DNA from: Mustelus asterias
Lineage: Eukaryota
NCBI RefSeq assembly: GCF_964213995.1
Contig: NW_027590255.1
Coordinates: forward strand, 310,001-374,000
Direction of reading: 5' to 3'
Length of the DNA: 64,000 nucleotides
The first letter of the stretch is position 1. The number at the start of each line of letters is the position of its first letter. This document shows positions 61,670 through 64,000 of this stretch, in pieces. A program made the position numbers and the translations under genes. The notes below the pieces were generated by a model, which saw only the letters and a list, made by a program, of their open reading frames with translations, searched no databases and was not told the origin of the DNA.

Positions 61670-62708
61670 TAAGAACAAAGCACAAAGAAAATTACAGCAC
61701 AGGAACAGGCCCTTCGGCCCTCCAAGCCTGCACCAGCCATGCTGCCCGACTTAACTAAAACCCCCTACGCTTCCGGGGACCATATCCCTCTATTCCCATC
61801 TCATTCATGTACTTGTCAAAACGCCCTTCAAAAGTCACTACCGTATCTGCTTCCACTATCTCCCCCGGCAACGAGTTCCAGGCACCCACCACTCTCTGTG
61901 TAAAAAATATGCCTCGTATATCTCTTAAAACTTGCCCCTCGCACCATAAACCTATGCCCCCTAGTAATTGACTCTTCCACCCTTGGAAAAAGCTTCTGAC
62001 TATCCACTCTGTCCATGCCTCTCATAATCTTGTAGACTTCTATCAGGTCTCCCCTCAACCTTCGTCGCTCCAGTGAGAACAAACCAAGTTTCTCCAACCT
62101 CTCCTCGTAGCTAATGCCCTCCATTCCGGGCAACATCCGGGTAAATCCTTTCTGTACCCTCTCCAAAGCCTCCACATCCTTCTGGTAGTGTGGCAACCAG
62201 AATTGAACACTATATTCCAAGTGCGGCCTCACTAAGGTTCTATAAAGCGTCAGCATGACTTGCCAATTTTTAAACTCAATACCCCGGCCGATGAAGGCAA
62301 GCATGCTGTATGCCTTCTTGACTACTTTCTCCACCTACATTGCCACTTTCAGTGACCTGTTTACCTGTACACCCAGATCCCTTTGCCTATCAATACTCCT
62401 AAGGGTTCTGCCATTTACAGTATATTTCCTATCTGTATTGGACCTTCCAAAATGCATTACCTCACATTTGTCCGGATTAAACACCATCTGCCATCTCTCC
62501 GCCCAAGTCTCCATCTGATCTATATCCTGCTGTATCCTCTGATGGTCCTCATCGCTATCCGCAAATCCACCAACCTTTGTGGCATCCGCAAACTTACTAA
62601 TCAATCCAGTTACATTTTCCTCCAAATCATTTATATATATTACAAGCAGCAAAGGTCCGAGCACTGATCCCTGAGGAACACCACTTGTCACAGCCCTCCA
62701 TTCAGAAA
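61670..62708 (-). mobile_element. CR1 3' portion nested in older plus-strand CR1 fragments (~60830-63265)
   Basis: GVPQGSVLGPLL, SKFAD, LVRPHLEYSVQFW. Confidence 0.85.
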
Positions 62709-64000
62709 TGCAGAGTATTCCATAATTATATAGTCTTGCTGAGACAGCAGCTGGACTATTGTGTGCAGTATTGTTCTCCTTACTAAAAGAAAGATATGAT
62801 TGCCATAAAGGGAGTGGAATGAAGGTTCACGAAATGAATTTCTTGGTTGGAGGGATTGTTGTATGAGTAAAAACGAGAAACACCAGGTGTTTATTTTCTG
62901 GCATTTAAAAGAATGAGAGTTGCTGACATTCAAACATACAACAATCTTACAGGGCCCAATAGGGTGGAAGCAGGAAGTATGCTTTCCCTGGCTGGTGTGT
63001 TTGGAACCAAAGGATACAGCTCATTTAGGACTGAGATGTGGTGGAATTATTTCCCTGAGTGGGTGATTCTTTGGAATTATCAGTCCAATGGGCTGTGGAG
63101 TCTTACTTGTTGATTAAGTTCATGAGTGAGATGGATAGATTTCTACGTATTAGTAACATCAAGGGATATGGCGATACAGCAGGGAAATGGTGTTGAAGTG
63201 GAAAATCAGCCATGACCTCATTGTGTGACAATATGGGCTCAAAGAGCTGAATGGCCTACTCTTCCTCACAATTCACATCTTTAATTATGTTTCAGCATGG
63301 TCATCATTTTGTGACTGTAATTAATGAGAAATGACTCCAAGGTTCTTTTCGTATCCTGTCACAATGTGACTGTGGCTTTAAATATAGAGCAGAGCATGTC
63401 CACAGCTACTGACTGACCCTTTATTTCCCCAAAGACTTTCCACAATTGAAAAGTCGCATGTCAGGTCAGAGATGGAATACTCTCCACTCACTGGGTAAGT
63501 GCATCTCCAACAACATGAAAGAATCTCAAAAACAAAATAATATTTTGGGTTTCACTTGCACACCAGCTTCAGCATTTAATTCCTCAGCCACTGGTGCACA
63601 ATGTGGACCATCCGTGAGATACACTGCAACAACTCAGTGAGGCTGAGTGTGGGACTCAATCTGCATCTCTCCATCTCTTATAAAGAATGAGATTAATTTT
63701 GTGCCTATAAGTATTGGACACTGTTGTCCGTCTGCATGTGTGAGATGAGATGAACATGATTTTGTGACTCTGGCACTATGTCAGTCTCTGCTGTTGTATG
63801 TTAATATGAGGTTAATTCTGTTCCTCAGTTTGCCATGAAGTCAACATGAGTTTGATTTCAGTTTTGCAGTCTTCAGATTTTGAGTAAGAACATGAGTGTG
63901 TGATTCATACTGTTTGTATCCATCCCTGGTACAGCAGCTCGAAGTTATTTTCCTTCTGTATCTCTGTTCCTGTGGTGCTGTGTACGACTACAGGATTCAT

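Overview
Eukaryotic genomic DNA, very probably a shark or other elasmobranch (HE1-type V-SINEs, SacSINE1-like SINEs, HER1/CR1 LINEs). The window holds a replication-dependent histone cluster of 8 intact intronless genes, each with a 3' stem-loop: H2B(+), H2A(+), H2A(+), H3.2(-), H4(-), H1(-), H2A(-), H2B(-). It also holds one near-perfect tRNA-Leu(TAA), two degenerate tRNAs and dense retroelements (two long CR1s, Rex1/Babar, Penelope-like, Tx1-like, SINEs). The outer parts (~0.9-11.2 kb and ~47-64 kb) are a large, diverged inverted duplication. Most unusual: (1) a ~325-bp, TSD-flanked, A-tailed element with a U2 snRNA-derived head, a second U2 segment and three hairpins (SINEU-like); (2) a perfect 974-bp Penelope-derived palindrome with minimal hammerhead motifs, plus mini fold-backs sharing one breakpoint; (3) a tRNA-Leu fused at its terminator to a LINE tail, absent from a third paralogous site; (4) an orphan histone 3' processing signal and gene-less histone-type promoters. 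All calls were made by eye; transposon boundaries are approximate.
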